Positions 1 to 9,934 of a stretch of 17,584 nt of DNA are shown one piece after another. The DNA is taken from the NCBI GenBank assembly GCA_965233585.1, contig CBDDTI010000646.1:1-17584 (forward strand), read 5' to 3'. The first letter of the stretch is position 1; each line of letters starts with the position of its first letter. Source of the DNA: a bacterium. Lineage in GTDB: Bacteria; SAR324; NAC60-12. Below the pieces are notes generated by a model, which ran no database searches, was not told the DNA's origin, and saw nothing but the letters and a program-made list of their open reading frames with translations. The position numbers and the translations under genes were made by a program.

Positions 1-69
1 TTTATTTGTTTATTTGCAAGCCTGAAAACGAAGCTGTTTTACGAGATGTTTTTAGGTTTTGAATTTGAG
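1..69 (-). repeat. Hypermutated fragment of repeat family B
   Basis: 1-47 aligns without gaps to 11331-11377 (tatttgcaagcctgaaaacgaagctgttttacgaga vs tatctgcaagcttgaaaactaagctattctgcgaga). 9 of 12 mismatches are C->T or G->A. Confidence 0.75.
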
Positions 70-737
70 TTTTAGAATATTTGTATATAGAAAGGGTTTG
101 TATATTTTTTTTTGTATAAATATTTATTTTTAAAAATTATTGTGTCGAAAAATATTTTAAAAAATATATAAATAAATTAAATTAAAATAATTAAAATTTT
201 TATATGAAAAAAAATATATTTATTTATTTAAAAAAGTTATATTTAAAAAATTATTACTTGATTTTAATTATGAAAGGTAGCTCTAGAGGGGCTACTTTGA
301 GTTTTACTTTACGAAGTAAAGGGGAGGTCGGCTATTTTCGTTATCTGATTATTTAGGAAATTGCTAGTTATTTTAGAATCTTCTCTCCCCCCTAACGCCT
401 CCTATACACCCGAAGAGCAAACTCAAAATATTATAATTTATAATAATTTTGATTTTTTCGGATTAAAAAACTATATTTTATTATATGGTGAAATATCCGT
501 AAATACTAGTATTTTTGCTAGGTGTTGGCTAAAAACCACTATAAATACCGTACTTTTTGTTATTAGAGGCAAAAAACATCATAAATACTGTGGTTTTGGG
601 CTTCCGATTCGATTCATTCAATACATTGGTATTTACGGTGTTTTTTACTCCGAGAGCCACTACGGAATCGAGACAAAAAGCTGCAAGGAATACTAACACT
701 AACCCCAATAGCACTACCTCTACTCTACCAATACCAT

Positions 738-930
738 GATCAACAACAACAAGAACAACAACAGGACCAGCAACAATAATAACAGCAACAACAGCAATAA
801 CACCAACAACACCAACAGCAGCAACAACTACAAGAACAATAATAAGAACAACAACCAGAACTACTACAACAACGACAATAATAACAACAACGACGACGAC
901 AACAACGACCAGAACGACAAGAACACGAAT
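738..930 (+). repeat. Imperfect (AAC)n trinucleotide microsatellite
   Basis: Run of aac/aat/gac/agc triplets. It generates the spurious poly-Asn and poly-Cys ORFs. Confidence 0.9.
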
Positions 931-1084
931 AACTGCGGGTGCGAAGGACCAACTTTTTTCTTCGCTAATGGCTCATGAGCAATTGGTGAGTGTGTGTGCG
1001 TCTGCCAGTGTATACTGTACGCAGCCTCGGGATCGAAATGTTCGAGTACGTTGTCGAACCAGCCGGCCCGTGAATAAAAAAAAC

Positions 1085-1190
1085 AAAAACACGAACAAAA
1101 ACCACCACCACTATAACTATAACCACAACCACAATTACAATCATAAGGGCAAACACAACACCAACGCCAATAACCATAACCACAACCAGA
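1085..1190 (+). repeat. Degenerate (AACCAC)n-like simple repeat
   Basis: Units such as aaccac, aactat and aaccat. Confidence 0.65.
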
Positions 1191-1290
1191 GAGAAAATGG
1201 CCGCGTCGCTTTTACCTGCCTCTTTCCTTTATTGTTTCTTCGATTCCTTTCTTGCTGACCTACCTTTCGTATTCCCCCTCTCAAATTTAT

Positions 1291-1780
1291 TAAATTATGT
1301 TTTTTATATTGAATTATAATAATAATACTAATTATATTTAAAAAAATATATATATTATTGTTTTTTTCGAAAAATATATTTTTTTAAAAATAAAAAATAG
1401 TAATTATTATTTAATGTTTTTATATAATAAAAAAAAATATTATAAATTTACCTTTACGATTTTTTTTGAAATTATATTTTTTTGTATTAATTAAAATTTT
1501 TCATAGTTTTTTTAAATTAAAATTAATAGTTTTTAAATAAATTAAATATATTTAATAAATTTTAAATATTTTATTTTTTTTATTATTTTCAAATTTTTTC
1601 CTAAATATGTTTAAAATATATTTTAATAATAGTGTTTTTTTTCGAATAAATTTATTATATAATTATTTATTATTAATAAATATTAAAATTAAAAATTTCA
1701 TCGAAATATTTATTGAAATAAAAAATATTAATTAAAAAAATATATATGCAAAATAATATTACCAACATTGGTAATAAAAT
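1291..1780. other. Extreme AT desert with retained CpG
   Basis: Manual count for 1321-1740: 12 C and 15 G in 420 nt (about 6% GC), yet 4 CpG. Confidence 0.85.
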
Positions 1781-1790
1781 TAAGGCCTAC

Positions 1791-1889
1791 CTGAGTCCAC
1801 CAATCAAATTAATTTCGAGATTCATACCAACGGGCAATGGTTTTCCTCCATTGTGGCGAGATTTCTGCATATGATTGATTTCTTCGAGC
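1791..1889 (-). CDS. Candidate isolated 99-nt exon of an unknown host gene
   Basis: Minus strand reads tactgcag|GCTCGAAGA...TGGACTCAG|gtaggc. Length is a multiple of 3. One frame is open (LEEINHMQKSRHNGGKPLPVGMNLEINLIGGL). The phase-0 frame has a single TAA. It forms a moderate-GC island next to an AT desert. Confidence 0.35.
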
Positions 1890-2366
1890 CTGCAGTAAAT
1901 CAGGATCTTCAGGATTTTTTACCAATATATTTTATGTTGATCAGTGCACGACATTGAATGCCTTTTTTTTGATTTCAAAAACTGATGGAACTTTCCCCAA
2001 AAATATTCTATATTTTCTGAAAAGGTTCCAAGACCTGCGCGTTAGCGTCTGTTCCGCAAGAGCGTGGAGGAATGGGAGTTGTTATTCTTAAAATTGAGAG
2101 AAAAAAAAATAATAATTTTGAAAATGTATTATAGGACGATAAAATAAGTTGTATATAAATAATATTTTACAAGCAAAAAACCTTTTACATTTACAGAACC
2201 TTTTACATACAGACGCTTTTTTGCAGTTACACGCTTTGCACACCTTGTTGTTGTTTGAAGCATACTTTACTGAAGCGATCTCGGGTTAACCCTTCGCCAC
2301 CAATCGCCGTCTTCAAAAAAAACGTAACCCAATAATACCAAGGGCATGCCTGTAGGGCATTGAGCC

Positions 2367-5013
2367 ATGGCCCCATCACATGGGACGCCGGTCGGTGGAG
2401 AGCGGCCGCGGCGGCGGCGTAGCAACTCTCCGGCTGGCGCTGCCGCAGCGGCAGCTGCTGGGCCTCCTGGCTCTGCCATGGAGGTCGATGATGCGGGCCT
2501 GAGGGCTCCTCGGCGGGTCTACTGCCCTCTGCCTTCTTTCTCATGCTCGGATGCACCATGAAGGGGCATGTGGATGCCCACTTCTCAGAAGCACTCCAGG
2601 GGGACCTCCCCGGACGTTGGCTGCAAGCCCAAGGGCGTCAGCGGTGCCCTGTTTGTGGGCTTAACGTGTCCATCCGCCACGGTACTCACCCCACCTTCCG
2701 GTCGTCAGCCCGCGCGGCGGCAGGCCATGGGAGGGCACCGCGTGCTGCTGGCCCGACTTTGCCTAGCTTTGACGAGATCCAAGCTAGTCAGACCCCAACT
2801 CTGCGACACGTCCTGAAAGCAGCCAGACATCTGTGGGGGCAAGCCTTCACTTCACTCGCTGCCTTGCCTCTGTGGTGCACGATAATGATGCAACTGCTTT
2901 GCAAGAATTGTTCATTCTTCCAAGGTCCGTTCTTGATGCACCAAGGCAGGGCGGCTGCCACTACCAGAAGGCGGTGGCCTCCTATACTTAAGATAGGCTG
3001 CGGCGGTGGCAGGCTGGTGAGCGCCAGTCGCTTTGGGACACTCGGGGCAAAGTCCCCGGCCCCTGACGGCAAGACCTTTCTGTGACCCAGCGGCAGGAGA
3101 TGGCCATTAACCTGGCGAGAAAAGGGCACGACAGAAAGGCTTGCGCAGCCCTTCTGTCAACGGGCCTTTGCCCTGACACGCCAGCAACAGCCCAGGCCCT
3201 TTGCAGCTTGCACCCGGCTCACCCTCAGCCGAGTGCCCGCCCTATGCATGATTTGCCTCTTGCACCTGAAGTGGTGTCTGATGCGGTGGCCAAGGCCTTG
3301 CGGTCCTTCCCCGCTGAAACTGCCCTGGACCTTCTGGGTTGCGCGTGCAGCACTTGCGTGAGGCCACTGCAGCTGGAGAAGCTGATGCCCTTTTCCAGCA
3401 CCTGGCCTTTGTGGTTGGGCTGCTTGCTCAGGGCCAGGCTTACCCTGCTGCTGCTGCCGCCTTTGCTGGTGCCAGCCTCCTCGCGCTGCCAAAGCCAAAG
3501 GGCGGTTTACGCGCCATTGCAATTGGTGAGACTTGCGGCGACTCACCGCCAAATGCCTCATGGCACATGTCCGGGCGATGGGCCGTAAGCATGTTTGCCA
3601 GCGCAAGTTGGCGTAGCCGTGCGGACTGGGGTAGAGGCAGCTGTGCATACCACCCGTTCTTGGTCGAGCGGTACGCGCAGCAGGTTGACCAAAATGTTTT
3701 GGACAGTGTCCAGGCCCATTTCCCGGCCCTTTCACGGTGACAACCTGGTGCTTCCAGCACCCTTTGTCACTGTACCATGGTGGGCGGACGCTGACGACAT
3801 CGGCGGCTTGTGTGCAGCAAGGGGATCGGCTGGGCCCCTTCTTGTTTGCTGCAGCAATCCAGCCCTTGGGAGAGCAGTTGCAGGCAACCATGCCCTTCTT
3901 TTTTCTACTTAGATGATGGCGTGGTAGCCGACGATGCCCTTTCAGTTAGCCAGGGTCTCCAAGCCATCCAGCAACCTGCACGGTCAGTGGGCCTCACTTT
4001 GAATTTGGACAAGAGCGAGCTTGTTGATGTTGGGCCAACATCGTCGGCTACACTCACCGCCAATTTCCCCGCACAGCTTCTGGCGGATGCGCATGGCAGC
4101 AGCCGTGTGCTTCGCATCTTTGATTTGCTGATGGCTGCCATTGGCACCCCTGACTTGGTGGCTTGACATACCTGCAGCGGGTGCAAGCACGCAAGCAGAT
4201 TTTGGATGCAATCTGCGTCGTTGGAGGACACAAAAGATCGCCTCCGCTTGTTGCAGGCCTGCGCGGGGCATTGCCGCCTCGTCCAAAGCCCGCGTTGCAA
4301 CCCTCCAGCGGCGCAGCGGTCAGCTTTGCTGCAATTTGATGCTCACATCGGGGCTGGTTTTAGCAGCTTCACCGGCTTGCACCTGAATCCATCTCAATGG
4401 GGACAAGCTTCCTTGGTTTTGGCCACGCAAGGTTATGCTTGCGGGAAACCGCAACATACTGTGGTCAAGACCTTGGCGGCCTTCGATGCGCGAGTGGCAG
4501 GAGGTGTCCCACTTGCCGCCGGGGCTGTGCTCGGGCAAAAGCAAAAAAGTATAACTACCTTGGTGGACTCCGCGGCGTGGGCCCGACAGCTTGCCACCTG
4601 TTTTGCGGCGGGCAAAGCGCTTTTGCACTCAGAGCAGCATCCTGGTGCGCGCGCCGTTCTGGCAACTGTCCCGTATGAAGTTTGCTGGATGGAGCCGGCC
4701 CGGCAGTATTTTTGGCAAAGCTCCGCTTCAGACTGTTTTTGACACTTACTCCCTTCATGCTGGTGCTTGCGCAGCCGGCGGGGAGCGGACTGGTCGACAC
4801 CACGCCGCCGGCGGGGAGCGGACTGGTCGACACCACGCCGTCTAAGAGGTTGTGCTGCCCTACGCAGACCGGGCTCGTTTTGAGCCTGAGCGGGGAAAAC
4901 CCGAAGTTTTGCTTCCGCAGCGGCCTGAAGACAGCCGGCATGAAGGCCTAGCATCTGCAAACAGCTGCTGCGTGCGAAGGGCAAGGGTTCGGATTCAGCC
5001 CATTGTCTTTGAG
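2367..5013 (+). pseudogene. Decayed non-LTR retrotransposon ORF (Zn fingers - reverse transcriptase - Zn knuckle - restriction-like endonuclease), CRE-like clade
   Basis: Motifs appear in order across frameshifts: YCPLPS/HVDAH and CPVCG..HPT zinc-finger remnants (2520-2695); TA[P]GPSGLRVQHL (~3319-3356); PKPKGGLRAIAIGETxRRLTAK (~3489-3555); QVGVAV..G.EAAVH; VQQGDRLGPFLF (from 3812); FYLDDG (YLDD 3906-3917); GLTLNLDKSE; WGQASL..HARLCLR; DTYSLHAGAC..GGERTGRHHAV (4741-4842); HLQTAAACEGQG/VRIQPIVFE (4952-5013). No APE domain is seen. Many frameshifts, stops and deletions. Confidence 0.9.
4774..4839 (+). repeat. Perfect 33-bp in-frame tandem duplication (AGGERTGRHHA x2)
   Basis: gccggcggggagcggactggtcgacaccacgcc at 4774-4806 and 4807-4839. 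Confidence 0.95.
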
Positions 5014-5129
5014 CTCAAAAACACAATGAATGTTATTCCAGTCATTGGTGTCGATGACATTGTTGGTGTGCTCGGAGTACCTTCCATTAGTCCACTAATT
5101 CCCTCGGATTTTTCCGGACCTGTTTTGCA

Positions 5130-5450
5130 GAGCTTTCACAGACAGAAGCGTTTACAGTCAGGCGCTTTTAGATAGACGATTTTACAGAGACACTTTCACA
5201 CACAGACCTTTTTTCACACACAGACATTGTCAACACATAGACGCTTTTACAGTCAGACACTTTTACACACAAATTCTTTTCCACACAGACGGTTTTACAC
5301 ACAGACGGTTTTACACACAAACACTTTCACGAAACATTTCAAAAAAAAACTTTTTATAGACAAACGGTTTTACACACAAAAAATTTTAAGCAGAAGTACT
5401 TTTACATACAGACGCTTTTACACAGACGGTTTTATACACAACGCTTTTGG
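5130..5450 (+). repeat. Degenerate ~15-17 bp minisatellite (acacacagacgctttt)
   Basis: Repeated units such as acacacagacggtttt, acatacagacgctttt and acacacaaacactttc. Confidence 0.85.
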
Positions 5451-5699
5451 AAGCAGTCACTTTGGCTTTGCACACAGTTGCTTTTTAATCTCAGGCTGGC
5501 CCATGATCTCGCAATCACAATGAAATCATCTTGGTGTTTGTGCCCTCTCAGCAATTCGACGGAGGGATCAAGTTCACTCCATCAATTTGCTGATGTCGAA
5601 CCTCCGTATATGTGTTGGGGCCACAACAAACCCTCTTACGCACAAATGCCTACAGTCGTACTCACACCCTTTTGAGATCCAACACCAGTTAAAAGGTTT

Positions 5700-6040
5700 T
5701 GCACATCCAACCTCGTTTCTTGCGAAAGGATTGCTCGGGCAAAATAAAATCGCAAATTTAGGTCAATTTTTGATAATCGACCCTCATTTCGTGCGAAAGG
5801 ATTGCTCCGACACAAATATAATAATCGCAATGTACCTCACTCAATTTTATGTATCGACTTTCATTTCGTGGGAAAGGGTTACTCCAGGACAAATAAAATC
5901 ACAAATTTTCCTCTGTTTTTAAAAATAAAATCACAAAATTTCCTCAGTTTTTGACGATCGAAGGGTTTGTTCGGAACAAGTACGATCGCAATTTTACCTC
6001 AATTTTTGTGCATCGACCCTGATTTCGTACGAAAGGGTTA
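5700..6040 (+). repeat. ~70-77 bp degenerate subrepeats (aatcgcaattttacctcaatttt..atcgaccctcatttcgtgcgaaagg)
   Basis: Cores near 5705, 5776, 5853, 5957 (partly deleted) and 6012. Confidence 0.8.
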
Positions 6041-6179
6041 ATGTTTCGTCACTCCTAGCCGGCATCACCCTTAGCCTAAAAAAAGAAAATTAAAGAAGGT
6101 AAGAGAGACAAAAGAGAGAAAGGAAGGAAAAAGAGAAAAGAAAAAGGAAAGAGGAGAGAGAGAGAAAGAGAGATAATGT

Positions 6180-6650
6180 AAGTATTCGAAAAATAAGTGC
6201 GAGAAAATATATACATATAACAATGTAAATATGTTAATATATATAAATATATAAAAAATAAATTAATACTTATAACAATTAAAAAATCCTTCGTTCAAAT
6301 ACTTTCGAGAAATAAAAACAAATATTAAACAATATCATTAATAAATAATAATATATTTCAAATTAAAAAAGCATTATTATAATTATAAAATTAAATTATA
6401 AATTAATATATATTCATTATAGTATTTTGTTTTTTTAAAGTAATATACTATAGTTAATTGTAGTATAATAATATAGTTGTAATTATTATTAATATAATAT
6501 AGTATAAAATAATTTAGTATCGTATTATATAGAATAATAATTATAGTTATACTTATAGTTAGTTAGTAGTATAGTTATAATTAAATTTATAATAAAATAT
6601 AATATAATAAATTAATTAATTTTTATTTATTTTCAATATATAAAATTTCT
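6180..6650. other. AT desert, probably eroded simple-repeat modules of the flanking elements
   Basis: Very low GC. Residual tagt/tagtt periodicity at 6420-6580. Surviving CpGs (attcgaa, ttcgttc, ttcgaga, atcgta). Confidence 0.7.
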
Positions 6651-7201
6651 CCATTTCGTAAAACCACATCTAAATATCCAAACATATTCCAAATCCATCT
6701 ATTTTTTACATTTTTTAATTTAAAATTTATTTCGTACCACAACGACGCGCATTTTATCAACATATCAACTTCCAAAAATAATCTAAAAATAGTCTACTTT
6801 ACCCATTTGGTGTAGTTTGTTTATATATTTTAACTTGCAAAATATATTTCGTATCACAACAGCGTATATTTTTTCGACATCTCAATTTCCAAAAGTACTC
6901 CGAACTAGAATTAAACTTTGTACCACAATGGTGTACAATTTTTCATTTCTCATCTAGCAAAAATACCTCGTACCCGCCGCTTTAACAAACCTACTTTTTT
7001 TTTCGACCCTCCGAAGCCACGGATCATTAGAAAACTAGCTACAGTAAATCGCGACTTTGCTACCTTTTCGCGCGCCTATACCTTCTGCTTCTAACTCTTT
7101 GTCTTCTCTAATCTGCTCTCTTCTTTTCTCTAATTCTTCCCACCTCTGCTTTTTTCATCTGTCCATATTATCGAAAGTTTGACTTTTAAACTTCCTTCAA
7201 T
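6650..7201 (-). mobile_element. Hypermutated terminal fragment of family B (copy A)
   Basis: Colinear with 11900-12442, including the 94-bp subrepeats, cccgccgcttta, tcgcgacttt and the terminal ..aagtttgacttttaaacttccttc. Confidence 0.92.
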
Positions 7202-7869
7202 GAAAGAAAAGGCAAATGTCCGGAGCACAGTACCATACAGTAAACTAAACCAGAACCACACCGAACTTGTCCGATACCCTTCTCCTGCCAGACCCCCGGG
7301 CGGCAAGGGTTAGTAGCTTTATAAATTATATATATTATAAGAATTTATAATATCCAACTTTCGCGAAACAAAAAATCGCGAACTCGGAAAAAAACTTTCG
7401 TGAGGGTTCCGAACAAAACATAAACGGTCTTCACAATTAAAGCTCTTTACCACGACCTTGGGATCGATTACTCTGTATTTTATGTTTTGTTATATTGATA
7501 ATATAATATGTTTAAGGATACTACTATTTTTAGCAATATCGTTCCGGCAATTGTTTTCTAATCCTAATTATTTATATTCAGGATACGAAATCACCTTCAG
7601 AAAAAACACAAAGATATATTTAAATTTTAGCTTTCTTGAAATTAAAAACAAAAAACTATCGTAATCTAAACCTATGCTCTCAATATAATTCCAACGTATT
7701 CCAAACACTGTAGATCCTTTTTGGCGTTCATCATTTGCGGGTATATCTCTATTGAGTATGCTCCTGTATGTCTGGTCAGATTCGTGCTGGGGTCAAAACA
7801 TGGTACATACTTCATGGTCATCCATCCCATGTCATGGGAATGCAAATATAATGGACTCATATTGGGTAA

Positions 7870-7980
7870 TGTGGGTAAAACAATACCATAAACCCACCAT
7901 CCCCCAGTCAGCAACATGTTTATAGGTGGTATGGTTACCATTCCCAGTCATGGCTGGTTTATGGGATTGTTTTACCCACA
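7870..7980. mobile_element. MITE-like element, 111 bp, 25-bp terminal inverted repeats
   Basis: tgtgggtaaaacaataccataaacc (7870-7894) vs ggtttatgggattgttttacccaca (7956-7980): 24/25 complementary. Confidence 0.75.
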
Positions 7981-8298
7981 CAAATCCCTATGAACATGGA
8001 TTGATTGATGACCATCCCAGATGACCGGGCATACTATCCAACTACAAATTGGCTCAGATGACTCTTGGAGTGCCACACATTTAAGACTGGCAGTGACTGG
8101 CACTTCTGACTCAAGGTCTGCAATTTGTCATTAGTGAGTCACTGGGCCAAGTCACATCCTACGAAGTCACAGGACAGATGTGGATGTTTTTTATCATTTG
8201 CCATCCCCCAAATTAAGATAGACCCTGCCAAATAGGGCGTGGGAGACTTAAAAAGGTATGGTTAGATTTGTAAGTTCGAATTCTGATTTCAGGAATAC

Positions 8299-8376
8299 TA
8301 CTGTTTGGTTATTTAACACAGCCATGGGAAATGGATGAAAATGGCTAATTTGTAGATGATTTGTAATGATTTACCT
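8299..8376. repeat. One-armed copy of the 9776-9882 MITE family
   Basis: tttggttatttaacacagccatgggaaat..atttgtagatgattt..tttacct matches 9782-9835. The right arm is absent. Confidence 0.7.
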
Positions 8377-9039
8377 GCTCAATCGTCGCCGCGTTGCTCT
8401 GAGCAATTCTACTCAGAACTAGGGTCAAAAAAAACACAATGGCTTTATCCCATAATCTTCATACAGTATTTTCTTGGTTAAACCTCCATTATCTACAATT
8501 TTTGGAGATTAAATCCTTGCATTGGAGCTACATCACTGGGTTGCCAGTCTACATCTTCATTTTTTAGCACGTTAAAGAGATCATTTTCCACCACTCAGCG
8601 GTCAAAAGACATCTGTATAGTGTCAATTTCCACTGGAAACGCTACAGTAATCGATGGATGGGAGGGAAAAACAATTTTAAACAATATACATACATGGTAC
8701 ATGGTTCAATTGTTTTTTTACCAATAATTTTAGGGGGTGTCCTATACATTTTCCCTTGGCTGGGTGGTCTCATGCTGCGCTGTCCTTCATAGCGCCTTGC
8801 CGCGTGTCCTGCGTGTGAGCAAGAATTCTTCTGTAAACATTTGCGTCTTGGTTTGTGCAGATTAACATCTGAATGTTCAGTGAAACTGCATCTAGAATGA
8901 TATATAAAGTATTCATTCACATCCACATATGGATATGCGTAAGAACAGATGTGCTTTACCATACACATGTGTAATTGATAATCATGCTGGTTTATGGGCA
9001 TGTCACATCACATCCGCCCTAACCACTCGCAAATGGCAC

Positions 9040-9090
9040 CAGGTCAGTTCTTGCTTTCTGCAAAGGATGAACTGCACAAGTGTTGTCTAC
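9040..9090 (-). CDS. Candidate 51-nt micro-exon (VDNTCAVHPLQKARTDL)
   Basis: Minus strand reads tttctcag|GTA...CTG|gtgcca. Phase 0, open. Confidence 0.3.
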
Positions 9091-9775
9091 CTGAGAAAAC
9101 AAACGGTCCAGTCACGGATTCATTTCCTTATCTTCAAACCCGGCAGTTCAACCGGAATGGATTATAAAATCATTGTGCCAGCAAAATTGATTTCAACTAC
9201 TGACACTTATGTGGGAAACACAATAATGAACCCGACACAATTTGCCAATCTTTTCTTCCATTTGGTGGCATAGCAACCTTACCCCCAAAACAGGGCTATT
9301 ATTTTGGGTTATTAAATCATCTCAAACACAAACAATAAAACCGGCAAGTGCCCAAAGCACACAGGAAAATCATCAACAAAGTACTCATCGGGCAAATCAT
9401 TTCAAGTAGAGATGTGGGTCAAAATTCCGCGCCCAAAAATTGTGTAACTATTGACATGCCATTGAATGGTTTATTGATCTTGGAACAGGTTTTGTCTCAA
9501 AATAGAAGGCTGTTGCCACATCCTGGGAGTATACCCCCATTTAAGACCAGTTACAACACGTCTACCCATCACTAGATGTATTCTCAGACTTGAACCCATC
9601 TGAGCACTGTTTAAAACCTGCAACGTCAGTCGATTTAATCCTGGCTGTTGGAGACCGGTTTCCCAGTTCATGCAATGGATAATAATATCAATATAACCCC
9701 CGAACTGATCATCTACAAAAAAAACAGCCGCTGTATTAAATTTTTCCCATAAAATATGCCCATCAACCCCCACAA

Positions 9776-9882
9776 ATACCCTTTGGTTATTTAACATAGC
9801 CATGGAAAATTGCCCATTTATAGATGGTTTACCTATTAAAAGTGGTGATTTTCCATGGCTATCTTAAATAACCAGATGGTAT
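9776..9882. mobile_element. MITE-like element, 107 bp, ~34-bp terminal inverted repeats
   Basis: taccctttggttatttaacatagccatggaaaat (9777-9810) vs attttccatggctatcttaaataaccagatggta (9848-9881): 31/34 complementary, with TA at both ends. Confidence 0.8.
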
Positions 9883-9934
9883 GTCTTAAAAACCCGACAA
9901 ATTTCATCAACCAACGGGGGTAGTTCACTGCGGC

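Larger units (their letters stand above)
270..1290. mobile_element. Putative non-autonomous satellite-bearing element D (HINE-like), partly AT-eroded
   Basis: Left-end hairpin aaaggtagc..gctacttt (273-298). GAAAGGTAG (272-280) is the exact reverse complement of CTACCTTTC (1260-1268). Internal subrepeats (cgtaaatac-type, 495-645) and microsatellites. Both ends fall against AT deserts. Confidence 0.4.
2020..6312. mobile_element. Putative satellite-bearing element E, interrupted by the retrotransposon remnant
   Basis: The same acagacgctttt satellite occurs on both sides of the retroelement (2180-2243 and 5130-5475). It is followed by ~70-77 bp subrepeats, a purine tract (6080-6175) and an eroded end. 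Boundaries are inferred. Confidence 0.4.

Noticed and set aside
70..270. Organellar insertion or AT-rich contaminant as the source of the AT deserts
   Set aside because: No organellar gene remnants, and the deserts grade continuously into recognisable mutated copies of nuclear repeats.
736..978. Poly-Asn and poly-Cys ORFs
   Set aside because: Products of the (AAC)n microsatellite.
1757..1776. 9-bp inverted repeat tattaccaa-ca-ttggtaata
   Set aside because: Short, in AT-rich sequence and without a second copy, so plausibly chance.
2255..2390. Possible 5' ribozyme of the retroelement (gggttaaccc palindrome, atgcc-tgtag-ggcat hairpin)
   Set aside because: I could not build an HDV-like or hammerhead fold by eye. 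An Infernal/RNAMotif search would be needed.
2788..4984. Minus-strand ORFs up to 244 aa
   Set aside because: Antisense shadows of the GC-rich retrotransposon ORF.
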